A stretch of DNA of 64,000 bases from Candidatus Gastranaerophilales bacterium. GTDB taxonomy: Bacteria; Cyanobacteriota; Vampirovibrionia; Gastranaerophilales; Gastranaerophilaceae. Both the position numbers and the translations under genes were made by a program. Numbering within the stretch: position 1 is the stretch's first letter; the number at the start of each line of letters is the position of its first letter. Positions 9,642 to 21,824 of the stretch are shown here, one piece after another. The notes beneath the pieces were generated by a model. That model did no database searches. It saw nothing but the letters and a program-made list of their open reading frames with translations, and was not told the DNA's origin. The stretch spans positions 122,306 to 186,305 of the forward strand of contig CANQOQ010000002.1 in assembly GCA_947625495.1 (NCBI GenBank), in the 5' to 3' direction.

Positions 9642-10809
9642 AAATTCTTTCTAATATCTTAAGTGCTACGGTTTGTTTATCTGTTTTTTCTATTTTATAT
9701 GTATTTAATTTTTTATCTATAATATATATTTCATTGTAATCTGATGAGAAGCCTATATCTTTTTTCGAAATATCATTTGCGCAAATATAGTCGCAGTGCT
9801 TCTTTTGAATTTTTATTTTAGCATTTTCGATTAAATTATCACTTTCGGCGCAAAATCCTATTACTGTTTGACTTTTTGATTTTATTTTTGAAATTTCAGC
9901 TAATATATCAGGATTTTCTACAAGTTCAACAGTTAAAGGCTTACCGTCTTTTTTAATTTTCTTGTCCGATTTATTTTTAACTTTATAATCACTTACGGCT
10001 GCCGCCATAATAAGAGAATCAGCATCTTTAAATTCTTTTTTTACTGCTTTAAACATTTCATCGGCGCTTTCTAAATTGATGATTTTATAAGGCTTTTGCG
10101 CCTCAACTGTAGATATAAGAACAACATCGGCTCCCAGTTTATGCGCATTATCGGCTAAAGCAATTCCCGTTTTGCCTGAACTGTAGTTGCCTATATATCT
10201 TACGGCATCAATATTTTCTTTTGTTCCGCCTGCCGTTATTACAATTTTTTTGCCTTTTAGGATTTGTTTAGGGATTAGAATTTCTTTCGCTGCCTCAAAA
10301 ATCTTATTAATATCGGGCAGTCTTCCTTTGCCTTCAGCTCCGCAGGCAAGAAAACCCACTTCGGGTTCAATTACTTTGACATCCCTCTTTTTTAAAATTT
10401 TTAAATTTTCCTGAATTGCAGCACTTTCCCACATATTTATATTCATTGAAGGTGCTATTATAACAGGTTTTTTAAATGCGCAGAATGTTGAAGTTAATAA
10501 GTTATCGCAGATTCCGTTTGCTATTTTGGATATTGTATTGGCGCTTATCGGGGCAATAACAAATATATCCGCTTCATCAACAAGAGATATGTGCTCGGGC
10601 TTATATTCGTTTATGATGAATTGTTCAATATTTAAAGGGGTCTGGCTCAATGTTTCAAGAGTGGTTTTTGTTACAAAGTTCATTGCGTTAGGTGTAACTA
10701 CAACCCTTACTTTTGCATTGTTTCTTTTGAACAATCTTATAAGTTCACATGTTTTATAAGCCGCAATAGCTCCCGTTATACCTATTAAAACTGTTTTTCC
10801 GCTTAACAT
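9634..10809 (-). CDS. coaBC: bifunctional phosphopantothenoylcysteine decarboxylase/phosphopantothenate-cysteine ligase
   Basis: GKTVLIGITGAIAAYK flavoprotein N-terminus, PSMN motif, C-terminal ITAGGT...R.I.N.SSG ligase motifs. Confidence 0.93.
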   Translation of the reverse strand: MLSGKTVLIGITGAIAAYKTCELIRLFKRNNAKVRVVVTPNAMNFVTKTTLETLSQTPLNIEQFIINEYKPEHISLVDEADIFVIAPISANTISKIANGICDNLLTSTFCAFKKPVIIAPSMNINMWESAAIQENLKILKKRDVKVIEPEVGFLACGAEGKGRLPDINKIFEAAKEILIPKQILKGKKIVITAGGTKENIDAVRYIGNYSSGKTGIALADNAHKLGADVVLISTVEAQKPYKIINLESADEMFKAVKKEFKDADSLIMAAAVSDYKVKNKSDKKIKKDGKPLTVELVENPDILAEISKIKSKSQTVIGFCAESDNLIENAKIKIQKKHCDYICANDISKKDIGFSSDYNEIYIIDKKLNTYKIEKTDKQTVALKILERIYG

Positions 10810-11369
10810 AGATTGTTCCTTTCAGTATCAAAAATCTTTTGCAGATTGTTTAATGCTTCATCCAAATTGTCATTTATAACCTGATAATCAAAGCGCTGAC
10901 CTGCTTCAATTTCTCTTTTCGCCTCCAAAAGACGTTTTTTAATAGTTTCTTCATCTTCCGTATGTCTGCCTCTTAATCTTGTTTCAAGTGTTTCAACGGA
11001 AGGCGGCATAATAAATATACCTATTGCATCAGGCATTTTCTCTTTAACCTGCTTTGCCCCTTTAACTTCTATTTCAAGGATTAAATCAATACCTTTATTC
11101 AGCGTCTTTTCAACAAAACTTTTTTTTGTTCCATAATAATTTCCGCTAAATTCAGCCCATTCCAGAAACTCATTATTATTAACATCGGCAAGAAATTCTT
11201 CTTTTGATAAGAAAAAGTAATTTTTTCCGTCAACTTCTCCTTCTCTGGGTTTTCTTGTAGTTGCAGAGATTGAAAGTTTTATATCGGGATTCTTCTCCAA
11301 AAAAAGCTTTAAAAGAGTACCTTTCCCCACACCCGAACATCCTGCTATTATAAATAATCGTCCTGTCAT
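10803..11369 (-). CDS. gmk: guanylate kinase
   Basis: GCSGVGKGTL P-loop and ATTRKPREGEVDGKNYFF. Confidence 0.93.
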   Translation of the reverse strand: MTGRLFIIAGCSGVGKGTLLKLFLEKNPDIKLSISATTRKPREGEVDGKNYFFLSKEEFLADVNNNEFLEWAEFSGNYYGTKKSFVEKTLNKGIDLILEIEVKGAKQVKEKMPDAIGIFIMPPSVETLETRLRGRHTEDEETIKKRLLEAKREIEAGQRFDYQVINDNLDEALNNLQKIFDTERNNLC

Positions 11370-11440
11370 AATAATCCTTAAAAACTGATTTTAAAAGATT
11401 ATAACCTAATTGATGATTATATGCCAGTTTTTTATAAAAT

Positions 11441-12670
11441 TTATTCATATCTTAAAGCATCAATGGGGTTAAGAAGTGAAGCTTTGTAAGCGGGATAATA
11501 GCCGAAAGCAATACCTACAAGCCCTGAAAAACCGAGTGAAAGAATTATTGAAAACACTGAAATTGATACGCTCATTCCGTCAGAGAAAAATTCAACTGCT
11601 TTTGCCCCTATAATACCTGTTAATACACCGATTAAACCGCCTATTATAGAAAGCATAAAAGATTCTATTAAAAATTGCCAGCGAATATCTGACGCCCTCG
11701 CTCCTATTGCCATTCTTATACCTATTTCCTTCGTTCTTTCCGTAACCGATACGAGCATTATATTCATAATGCCGATACCGCCTACAAGCAGCGAAACGGA
11801 AGCTATTGAAGCTAAAAGTATGGCAAAAGTTTGGACGGTTGATTTCATTTTTTCCTGAAATTCGGCGGAATTTCTTATTTCAAAATCGTTAACCTGATTT
11901 TTACCTATATTGTGTCTGGTTTTTAAAAGTTCTTCTATATCTGTTTGAACATCATTTAGAGTGTCGCCGTCAACACCTTTTACGACAATCATACCTACGG
12001 TTCCGGGGAAACTTACGCCGAACAGTTTTTTCTGCGCCGTTGTTATGGGGATGAATATTAAATCATCCTGATCAAAAGGGCCTGTTGAACCTTTGGTTTT
12101 AAGTGTGCCTAAAACTTTAAAAGGCACGTTGCCGACTCTTATAACCTTGTTGACGGGAGATACATCGCCAAAAAGCTCTGTAGCTACAGTCGAACCTATA
12201 ACGGCAACTTTGGCGCTGTTTTTTATATCCTCAAAGGAAAAACATCTGCCTTCATCTATTTCATAATTTTTAATATATAAATATGGCGGAGTCGTCCCGT
12301 ATACAGTGGATTGCCAGTTTTGATTGCCGTACATCAATTGTTTGCTTTGATTTGAAGCAGGAGCGACAGCATCGATATTCGCTATACTTTTTTGTATGGC
12401 TATTGTGTCTTTTAATGTTAATGTGGGTCTTGAACCTATTCCCATACTTACTCCGCCTGTTCTTGCGGATGAAGAACGTATTGTCAAAAGGTTTGACCCC
12501 ATTGCTTCCATATTCTCCTGAACTTTTTTACTTGCGCCAGTTCCTATTGCAAGCATTATAATTACCGCACTTACCCCGATAATAATACCCAGACTTGTCA
12601 GGGCAGAGCGCATTTTATTCACCTTGAGTGAAATCATTGCCATTTTAATTGTCGATTTGAAATCTAACAT
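11441..12670 (-). CDS. ABC transporter permease, MacB/FtsX type
   Basis: 409 aa; N-terminal TM helix, MacB-like periplasmic domain, C-terminal FtsX block (ERTKEIGIRMAIGA). Confidence 0.85.
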   Translation of the reverse strand: MLDFKSTIKMAMISLKVNKMRSALTSLGIIIGVSAVIIMLAIGTGASKKVQENMEAMGSNLLTIRSSSARTGGVSMGIGSRPTLTLKDTIAIQKSIANIDAVAPASNQSKQLMYGNQNWQSTVYGTTPPYLYIKNYEIDEGRCFSFEDIKNSAKVAVIGSTVATELFGDVSPVNKVIRVGNVPFKVLGTLKTKGSTGPFDQDDLIFIPITTAQKKLFGVSFPGTVGMIVVKGVDGDTLNDVQTDIEELLKTRHNIGKNQVNDFEIRNSAEFQEKMKSTVQTFAILLASIASVSLLVGGIGIMNIMLVSVTERTKEIGIRMAIGARASDIRWQFLIESFMLSIIGGLIGVLTGIIGAKAVEFFSDGMSVSISVFSIILSLGFSGLVGIAFGYYPAYKASLLNPIDALRYE

Positions 12671-13387
12671 CTATGTCTGCCTTGTCCTTGTCTTCATCCA
12701 CTCTTCTTTTGGCTGGTCTGAAACTATCCTGCCGTCTTTAAAACGGATTACCCGTTTGCAGTATTCCGCAATATCAGGTTCATGTGTTACGAGTACAATA
12801 GTCTTACCCGTCTTATTATTAAGATTTACAAAAAATTCCATAACCTCGATACTGGTCTTGGTATCAAGATTACCCGTAGGCTCATCCGCCAGAATTAAAG
12901 GTGCATCGTTAACTATGGCACGGGCTATGGCAACTCTCTGCTGCTGACCGCCTGACATCTGGTTTGGCATGTGGTCTTCTCTGTTTTCCAAACCTACTAT
13001 TTTTAAAGCTTCCCTCGCCCTTTTATGGCGTTCTTCTTCAGGTACTCCTTTATATATCATCGGCAACTCTACATTATCAAGTGCGGATGTCCTTGAAATT
13101 AAATTAAATCCCTGAAAAACAAATCCGAGTTTTAAATTTCTTATATCAGACAACTCATCAGGCTTTAAAGATAATACGTCAACACCGTCAAGGTAATAAC
13201 TGCCCGAATTTGGCTTATCAAGTGTGCCTAACATATTCATGCAGGTTGATTTACCTGAACCGGATGTTCCCATAATCGCAACAAACTCGCCTTTTTCTAT
13301 ACTTAATGAAACATCATTAAGTGCATTAAAGCTTTCTTCACCTGTTTTGTAGGTTTTTATTGCATGTTTTACTTCAATAAAACTCAT
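12671..13387 (-). CDS. ABC transporter ATP-binding protein (MacB/LolD-like)
   Basis: Walker A GTSGSGKST, signature LSGGQQQR, Walker B ILADEPTGNLD. Confidence 0.92.
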   Translation of the reverse strand: MSFIEVKHAIKTYKTGEESFNALNDVSLSIEKGEFVAIMGTSGSGKSTCMNMLGTLDKPNSGSYYLDGVDVLSLKPDELSDIRNLKLGFVFQGFNLISRTSALDNVELPMIYKGVPEEERHKRAREALKIVGLENREDHMPNQMSGGQQQRVAIARAIVNDAPLILADEPTGNLDTKTSIEVMEFFVNLNNKTGKTIVLVTHEPDIAEYCKRVIRFKDGRIVSDQPKEEWMKTRTRQT

Positions 13388-13394
13388 TTCTTGC

Positions 13395-14534
13395 CTATAA
13401 TCTCGGTACTCTCATATTTTGTTTTTGCTTGCCTGATAAAACTTTGCCTGTGTATACCTTGTCGCCTGCTTTTATTTCATCCGATATTATCTGCGTATAT
13501 GATTCGTTGCTTACTCCTGTTTCGATATCAATACGGACAGGCTTGCCTTTTTTATCTATCCAAATGCCTTTTTTCTCATATTTTTGTTTATTGCCTTCAA
13601 CCGTGAATTTAAGAGCCTGATTCGGAACGGTTAAGACATTTTCTTTTTTATCGGTAATAATTGAAACATTAGCGGTCATGCCCGGTAAAAGCTTGCCCTC
13701 ATCATTTTCAACTTCAATAATAACGGTGTAAGTAACAACATTAGATTCAGTAATCGGTGATAATCTTACCTGAGTGACTTTACCCGTAAAAATACTGTCG
13801 GGGTAGCCGTCAAGAGTGTATTCAACATCCTGACCGACCTTAACTTTACCTATATCAGCTTCCGAAACACTTGTTTCAATCCGCATTTTATTGAGGTCTT
13901 CCGCAACGGTAAATAATGTAGGTGTTTGGAAGCTTGCTGCAACAGTCTGCCCTACTTCTACTTCTTTTGAAATAACAATCCCTTTAACAGGAGAGATGAT
14001 TTTTGTATATCTCATATTGGCGCTTGCCGTATCATAATTAGCTTGCGCTTGCATAATGGAAGCTTTAGATGAAGCTACTTGTGCTAAATCCGATTTATAT
14101 GCTGATTCAGCTGAATCAAGGTCATTTTTTGACACAAGATTTCTTTTATAAAGATTCTTATACCTGTTGTATGTTTTTGTATCATATTCAAGTATGGCTT
14201 GATTTTTTGCCAGAGTTGCTTTTGCATTGTTAATATTTGCAAGACTTTGTTGAAGCTGCGCTTCAAACAAAGATGTGTCAATCTGCGCCAGTAATTGCCC
14301 CTTTTCAACTTCTGAGTTATAGTCAACGTAAATTTCATTTATTAACCCCGAAACCTGTGTACCTATATCAACCGTATTTACGGGTTCAATTGTTCCCGTG
14401 GCTTCAACTATCTGAGTTATTGTTCTGGGCTTTATTTCCTGAGTTATATACTTAACTTTTCCTGTTTTTTTCATAAAAGCAAAAGGAAGTATGATTAATA
14501 TTATTATAATTATTGCGATTATTATTTTTTTCAT
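13395..14534 (-). CDS. efflux periplasmic adaptor (HlyD/MacA family membrane fusion protein)
   Basis: N-terminal anchor, coiled-coil hairpin, beta-barrel motifs (GMTANVSI). Sits in an operon with the ABC and TolC genes. Confidence 0.85.
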   Translation of the reverse strand: MKKIIIAIIIIILIILPFAFMKKTGKVKYITQEIKPRTITQIVEATGTIEPVNTVDIGTQVSGLINEIYVDYNSEVEKGQLLAQIDTSLFEAQLQQSLANINNAKATLAKNQAILEYDTKTYNRYKNLYKRNLVSKNDLDSAESAYKSDLAQVASSKASIMQAQANYDTASANMRYTKIISPVKGIVISKEVEVGQTVAASFQTPTLFTVAEDLNKMRIETSVSEADIGKVKVGQDVEYTLDGYPDSIFTGKVTQVRLSPITESNVVTYTVIIEVENDEGKLLPGMTANVSIITDKKENVLTVPNQALKFTVEGNKQKYEKKGIWIDKKGKPVRIDIETGVSNESYTQIISDEIKAGDKVYTGKVLSGKQKQNMRVPRL

Positions 14535-15949
14535 CTTTCCCCCATAGCCGTTTGAAGGTCAACGAGTGCTACATTGTACCTGAAAATATTTTGAACATAA
14601 TCTCTTTGAGCATTGTTGTAATTTTCTTTAGCGTCCTGAAGTTCTATAAAGTTGCCTAAACCTACTTCATATCTTGCGTCAGCAAGTTCATAGTTTTCAA
14701 GAGTCTGCTTAACTTTTGTGCGCATTAACGGAATATTCTTTTCAAGCTGAATCATGTTAATATAAGCATTTTGAACCTGAAAATATATGTTTTGTTTAAC
14801 TAAATCAACATTTCTTTTTGCAATTTCAAGCTGAGCCTTGCTTTCTTTAATCTTCAATTTAGTGTCCATTATATTAAGATTACTTGTGGTTAAGAATGCG
14901 CCTAAGCTTATTCCGTTAGTGGAATAATAAGAGTTATTCTGCCAGTTGTAACCGACCGAACCGGTTAAGTCGGGCAGGTATGATTTTTTTGTATAGCTTA
15001 ATGCTTCTTTAACGGCATCTTGTGTTGCCATCATGGATAGTAAATCAGGTCTGTTTTTATACGCTTTTTCTACAGATTCTTTAAGCGTATAGGGATATTT
15101 TGTAAACTTATAATTTTGCAAAATATCATTTTTTTCAACCTGCATAGTTAACACAGCGTCTTTTGGTTCTATTGTTCCGTCTTCTTTTGTTGTTGTATTT
15201 GCAATATTTATAAGGTTAATTTCCGCATAGTTTTTATCAAAATTAAAGGTTTCCGTATTTTCAATTTGATAATCGGGCGCATCTACAATATACATAGAGC
15301 TGTTTAAAGCTACAATTGCATTCTGATAAGTATTTTCGGCATTGATTAAACTTATTTTTGCATCTGATAAATATACTTCCTGATTGACCAAATCTATTTT
15401 AGAAACAAGTCCTTCATCAAAAAATGCTTTTGTTCTGTTATACTGCCTTTCATTAACTAAAACATTGGCTTTTTGGATATCAACATTTGCTTTAGCGGCA
15501 AGTACGGCATAATATGCGGATTTAACCGAGTTTGCCGTATTTAAAATCGAGTTTTCCAGGTCAAATTGTGCTGCAATTTTATAGAATTTCTGCATTTTTA
15601 CCTGTGAAAATACTTTGCCGAAACTGTATATCAGCTGGTTTAAAGATACTTGAGCGGAAACATTTTTATTGCTGTTTGAATAGTATTTTGAATCGGCATT
15701 ATTAAAGTTATAGCCTGCACTTGCCCCGATTGAAGGAAAATATCTGGCTTTGCTCTGACCTACCCTTGAATCGTACATTTCTATATACTGCTCATTAATT
15801 TGTATTTCAGGGCTGTTTTTTATGGCAAGTTCAACGCAGTCATTTATTGAAAGCGTATCTCCCGCTTTTATTTCCTCTATTGCGTAAGAAACTGTACCCG
15901 AGCAGGTTAAAATTAATATTAAACCGATTATTTTTATTTTATTAAACAT
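14531..15949 (-). CDS. TolC-family outer membrane efflux protein
   Basis: 472 aa; signal peptide; two OEP-type repeats (QYNRTKAFFDEGLVSKIDL.. and ..ADARYEVGLGNFIELQDA). Confidence 0.8.
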   Translation of the reverse strand: MFNKIKIIGLILILTCSGTVSYAIEEIKAGDTLSINDCVELAIKNSPEIQINEQYIEMYDSRVGQSKARYFPSIGASAGYNFNNADSKYYSNSNKNVSAQVSLNQLIYSFGKVFSQVKMQKFYKIAAQFDLENSILNTANSVKSAYYAVLAAKANVDIQKANVLVNERQYNRTKAFFDEGLVSKIDLVNQEVYLSDAKISLINAENTYQNAIVALNSSMYIVDAPDYQIENTETFNFDKNYAEINLINIANTTTKEDGTIEPKDAVLTMQVEKNDILQNYKFTKYPYTLKESVEKAYKNRPDLLSMMATQDAVKEALSYTKKSYLPDLTGSVGYNWQNNSYYSTNGISLGAFLTTSNLNIMDTKLKIKESKAQLEIAKRNVDLVKQNIYFQVQNAYINMIQLEKNIPLMRTKVKQTLENYELADARYEVGLGNFIELQDAKENYNNAQRDYVQNIFRYNVALVDLQTAMGER

Positions 15950-16094
15950 AATTTTCTATACTTTGTACAATTACATTATACATAAAATTGAATCACAAAG
16001 TTTATAACGATATAATTATTATTTGGTTCAAAAATGTCCGCGTAAATTTTCACGGTTTCTAAAAAATGTTACAAAATGAATGCTCGGCTGTATA

Positions 16095-16670
16095 TTATTT
16101 TATAAAAGATTTTCTTTTTTTGTATAGAATAAAGAAAAACAGAATAATAACAACGGTTACGGCAATAATAACAAGTTCGATATATTGTTTAATGGCTTCG
16201 CCAAACAGCATTAAAACTATACTTACAATAAAGAACCTTAAGCCTCTTCCGAAAAAGCTTGCGAGCATAAATTTAAAGAAATTCATACTCAAAATACCGC
16301 TTGCAATTGTGAAAACTTTATAAGGAATCGGCGTAAATGCCGAAAAGAAAACGGCAAGAGTACCGTATTTATTGTATAAAACTTCAACAGCTTCAAATTT
16401 TTCTTTTCCGCCTTTTCTAAAGAACCAGTTAAAAGCGGGTCTGCCGCCATAGTACCCGATTGAGTATCCTATAACACCTCCGAATGCCGAGGCAATTGTA
16501 CAAATTAAAGCATAAAACAATGCTTTTTTAGGATTAGCTAAATCCATTGCTATTAAAAGAAAATCAGGCGGCGGAACAAGAAAAAAACTTTCTATAAACG
16601 AGTTTAGGGCTAAACCTTGAACACCCATTGCCTGAAAAAAGTCATTCATTTTTATAAATATTTCGTGCAT
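16095..16670 (-). CDS. DedA/YqaA (VTT/SNARE-associated) family membrane protein
   Basis: ESFFLVPPPDFLLI plus multi-TM profile; 191 aa. Confidence 0.75.
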   Translation of the reverse strand: MHEIFIKMNDFFQAMGVQGLALNSFIESFFLVPPPDFLLIAMDLANPKKALFYALICTIASAFGGVIGYSIGYYGGRPAFNWFFRKGGKEKFEAVEVLYNKYGTLAVFFSAFTPIPYKVFTIASGILSMNFFKFMLASFFGRGLRFFIVSIVLMLFGEAIKQYIELVIIAVTVVIILFFFILYKKRKSFIK

Positions 16671-16700
16671 TTTATCCTCTCGATTTTGATTTTAACATAA

Positions 16701-16731
16701 AAAAAGGTTAACAATTTATGTTAACCTTTTT
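16701..16731. terminator. bidirectional terminator-like hairpin ending the dnaK-downstream island
   Basis: aaaaaggttaac / gttaaccttttt perfect 12-bp inverted repeat with a 7-nt loop. Confidence 0.55.
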
Positions 16732-16735
16732 TTAA

Positions 16736-17248
16736 AACTTGAGCTCTGGTGCAGTGGCACCTTAAAAGTTTGGTTTAACTTATTTTGAACCGGCTCTGCC
16801 GGTGCCCTGCGAAATTCCGCTGTCTTGGATTTTGCTTCATTTCTGCCCTGTCATTCGCCGTGCTTCGCACCTGCTCATTTCGGGCATTCATTACTTCGAG
16901 CTTCGCTCTACGCAAAATCCGCTGTCTTGAAATTCCTTTTCGCTCAAGCTTGTCACTCCTACGGTTTTGCCTGTCGTCGTTTAAGCTTTCGCATAACGGA
17001 TTTCATCCGTACGGAATTTCGCTTCTTGGAATTGCTGTTCGCACAACCCCTGCAACCTCGCTTTAAAAACCTTTGGTTTTTCCGCTCGGTCGGGTTGTTG
17101 CTCCCTCGGGCTCGCTCGCTTTGCTCGGCTTTGCCCTGCGCAATTCCGCTGTCTTGAAATTCCTTTTCGCTCAAGCTTGTCACTCCTAAGGCTTTGCCTG
17201 TCGTCGTTTCAGCTTTCGCATAACGGATTTCATCCGTACGGAATTTCG
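16736..17248 (-). ncRNA. candidate structured non-coding RNA or 3' UTR element downstream of dnaK (unknown family)
   Basis: G+C jumps to about 50% (32/60 counted for 16801-16860). The plus strand is about two-thirds pyrimidine. Many short GNRA/GAA-loop hairpins, internal repeats, no credible ORF. Bounded by the dnaK stop codon and a terminator. Confidence 0.3.
16911..17023. repeat. direct repeat copy A (113 nt)
   Basis: Matches 17139-17250 with about five differences. Contains the acggat-ttc-atccgt hairpin and terminal inverted 11-mers. Confidence 0.9.

Positions 17249-17250
<2 letters not shown>
17139..17250. repeat. direct repeat copy B (112 nt), abutting the dnaK stop codon
   Basis: Matches 16911-17023. 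A partial third copy of its 5' end (gccctgcg[ac]aattccgctgtcttg) lies at 16804-16829. Confidence 0.9.
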
Positions 17251-19093
<1,843 letters not shown>

Positions 19094-19217
19094 TTATCTC
19101 CGTTTCTTTATTATTTTTTTTCACTATTCTCTTTATAACATCATTTTTTTTATTCCTTGAAAAAATAAACAAAAAATTAATATTTTATTTTGAAAAAAAT
19201 TATTATAAAATTTATTT

Positions 19218-20198
19218 ATGAAAAAAATATTTAGAATTTTATTGACTGTTTTAATATCATTTGCTGTTTTTATTTGTTTTGATATGTTATTTTTTTGGTA
19301 TATTGCAAATGATAATAAGAAAATTGTTAAATCTATTGAAAGATATAAATCCGTTAAAAAAATTCCGTCTTATTTTATCAAATTAAGACCTATAAAAGAC
19401 TATTATCAGGAAAATTTAAAAAATTTAAGACCTGTTATGAATCCTGACAGTAAAATGGATTCAATTATAATTTTCGGTTGTTCTTATGCTTACGGTTATG
19501 TTTTTCCTAATGAACAAACTATATCCTATGTGATGTCAAAATATTCTAAAAGACCTATATATAATAGGGCTATTAATAGTACGGGAGTTCAGCACGTAAT
19601 TTACCAATTACGAGACGAAAATTTATATAAAACAGTTAAAACTAAACCTAAATATATATTTTATGTACTTATGGATTATAATGGTCATTTTGAAAGATTA
19701 TATTTTACAAATGTGCCTTCTATAATAGATAATTATTATTATCTTACCTATAAACAAAAAGGTAATGAACTGATAGAAAGAAAGCCGTTTTTAAATTTAT
19801 ACTATAATTTTGCAATAATAAGGCATATACAAAATAAATTAATACAAAAATGGGCTTTTTATAATTATTGGACAAAACCTAATAAAAAATTTTTTGACTT
19901 TTTTATACTCCATTTTAAAACTATTAATAAATTAATTAAATCTAACTGGGGTGAGTCAGAAGACAGTGAATTCCCTAAATTGATAATTTTGACTTTTGAA
20001 CATACTAAAAAATATATGTGGGAAGATGAACTTAAAAAAGAAGGAATTGATGTTATTGATATAGCGGATACAATAGGAGTCCATGAGTTATATAAATTAT
20101 CAAAAGGATATTTTGAACCTGAAGTTTCTCCTCATCCTAACGGAAAGGTTTGGGAAGAATTAATTCCTGAGTTGAAGAAAATATATCCTGATTTATAA
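19218..20198 (+). CDS. membrane-anchored hypothetical protein, possibly SGNH/GDSL-like
   Basis: N-terminal TM helix. IIIFGCSYAYG could be SGNH block I and SPHPNG a block V-like His. Weak call. Confidence 0.45.
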   Translation: MKKIFRILLTVLISFAVFICFDMLFFWYIANDNKKIVKSIERYKSVKKIPSYFIKLRPIKDYYQENLKNLRPVMNPDSKMDSIIIFGCSYAYGYVFPNEQTISYVMSKYSKRPIYNRAINSTGVQHVIYQLRDENLYKTVKTKPKYIFYVLMDYNGHFERLYFTNVPSIIDNYYYLTYKQKGNELIERKPFLNLYYNFAIIRHIQNKLIQKWAFYNYWTKPNKKFFDFFILHFKTINKLIKSNWGESEDSEFPKLIILTFEHTKKYMWEDELKKEGIDVIDIADTIGVHELYKLSKGYFEPEVSPHPNGKVWEELIPELKKIYPDL

Positions 20199-20206
20199 TA
20201 TTAATT

Positions 20207-20884
20207 ATGAGTATAATAAACGAATTAAAAAACGAAGTAATAATATCTGTGCAGGCAATGAAGGGTGAACCTTTATATGATGAAATTGCTATGACTGCCA
20301 TGATGAAATCCGTTATCAATGGCGGAGCAAAAGCTTTAAGACTGGCAGGTGCAAGAGATGTCAAAAATGCAAAAAAACTTTTTAATGTTCCCGTAATAGG
20401 ACTCACCAAGCCTGATAAACTCCCTGATAACTGGCTTGATGTTGTTTATATTACTCCTTCTTTAAAAGAAGTTGATGAACTTATTTCAGCCGGAGCTGAT
20501 ATTATAGCAACGGATGCTACTAAAAGACCAAGACCAAAAGAGTCTTTAGAAGAAATTGTTAAATATATCCACGGTAAAAATAAACTTATAATGGCTGATA
20601 TTTCTGATTTTGAAGAAGGACTAAACGCGCAAAACATTGGATTTGACATTATTTCAACTACTCTTTCAGGTTATACTCAATATACTAAAACATCAACTAC
20701 CTATCCTGATTTTGAACTTTTAGATAAACTTGTTAAAAACTTAAATACCCCGATAGTTTTAGAAGGCAGAATTTGGAATCCTGATGAAGTGGATAGAGCA
20801 TTTGAGCTTGGCGCACATTGCGTTGTTATAGGTTCTGCCGTTACAAGACCTCAGTTAATTACTAAAAGATTTATAGAAAGATAA
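20207..20884 (+). CDS. nanE: N-acetylmannosamine-6-phosphate 2-epimerase
   Basis: IISVQA..GEPL, VIGL.K and IIATDAT.RPRP motifs; 225 aa. Confidence 0.85.
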   Translation: MSIINELKNEVIISVQAMKGEPLYDEIAMTAMMKSVINGGAKALRLAGARDVKNAKKLFNVPVIGLTKPDKLPDNWLDVVYITPSLKEVDELISAGADIIATDATKRPRPKESLEEIVKYIHGKNKLIMADISDFEEGLNAQNIGFDIISTTLSGYTQYTKTSTTYPDFELLDKLVKNLNTPIVLEGRIWNPDEVDRAFELGAHCVVIGSAVTRPQLITKRFIER

Positions 20885-20886
20885 TT

Positions 20887-21807
20887 ATGGCAAAAATTTT
20901 ATCAATAGATGTAGGCGGAACTAAGCTCTCATATTGTATTATTGACGAAAAAGGCGAAATAATAAGCAAAATTGAAAAAACTTCTACACCTAAAAATATT
21001 GAAGATATGAAAAAAATCTTCCGTTCAATAATTTCAGATTACGAAAAAGATGTTGATTTTATAGCATTTGCAACGGCAGGCGCCGTTAATCTTTCAAATA
21101 CAAAAGTTGAATCTTCTACTCCTAATCTGCCTGAAGGGTATAATTCCATTGATTTTTCTTTGTTAAGTAAAAAACCCGTTTATGTTGAAAATGACGCAAA
21201 CGCTGCTGCGTGGGCTGAATATAAAACAGGGGCAGCAATAGGTGATAATAATACTATTATTATTACTTTAGGTACAGGTATCGGAGGCGGATTTATTATT
21301 GACGGTAAAATGCTCAGAGGTAAATCGGGAAGAGGCGGTGAAGTCGGCAGTATGAAGATTAATTCTAAAGGAAGAATATGTACTTGCCGTAGAAAGGACT
21401 GCTGGGAAAGCTACGCCTCAGGTACAGGCTTAAAAACTTCTGCAGTTGAACTTGCTTTATCTGATGATATCTTTAAAACAAGTATTTTTAAAGATAAAAC
21501 CCCTGATGAAATTACTACTTATGATATTATTGACGGGATTAAGAAAAATGATTCCTATTGCACAAAAGTTTTTGAATTATGGAAAAATGATTTAATTACG
21601 GGATTAATAGGTTTGACAAATATTTTTGACCCCGACAGCATTGTAATTTCAGGCGGTATGGGTCAATTTATTAATACATCAGAACTAGAAGAAAAAATTA
21701 ACTCAGAAATTGTTGTTTCACCTGTCAAAATTAAACTCGCCAAAACGGGTAATTTCGCAGGCATGATTGGTGCTGCTCTTTTGGCTTTTCAAAAATTTAG
21801 TGTATAA
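20887..21807 (+). CDS. ROK family sugar kinase (ManNAc kinase/glucokinase-like)
   Basis: LSIDVGGTK, ENDANAAAWAE and zinc motif CTCRRKDCWESYASG. Confidence 0.85.
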   Translation: MAKILSIDVGGTKLSYCIIDEKGEIISKIEKTSTPKNIEDMKKIFRSIISDYEKDVDFIAFATAGAVNLSNTKVESSTPNLPEGYNSIDFSLLSKKPVYVENDANAAAWAEYKTGAAIGDNNTIIITLGTGIGGGFIIDGKMLRGKSGRGGEVGSMKINSKGRICTCRRKDCWESYASGTGLKTSAVELALSDDIFKTSIFKDKTPDEITTYDIIDGIKKNDSYCTKVFELWKNDLITGLIGLTNIFDPDSIVISGGMGQFINTSELEEKINSEIVVSPVKIKLAKTGNFAGMIGAALLAFQKFSV

Positions 21808-21824
21808 TCAAATTGAGGTTGCTT

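Noticed and set aside
16785-17183. Three track ORFs (93, 110 and 74 aa) inside the GC-rich island downstream of dnaK.
   Set aside because: They are generated by the repeats, have Cys/Arg/Phe/Ser-rich low-complexity translations and lack an RBS. The dnaK-sense frames are full of stops. They are better explained as non-coding structured DNA or RNA.
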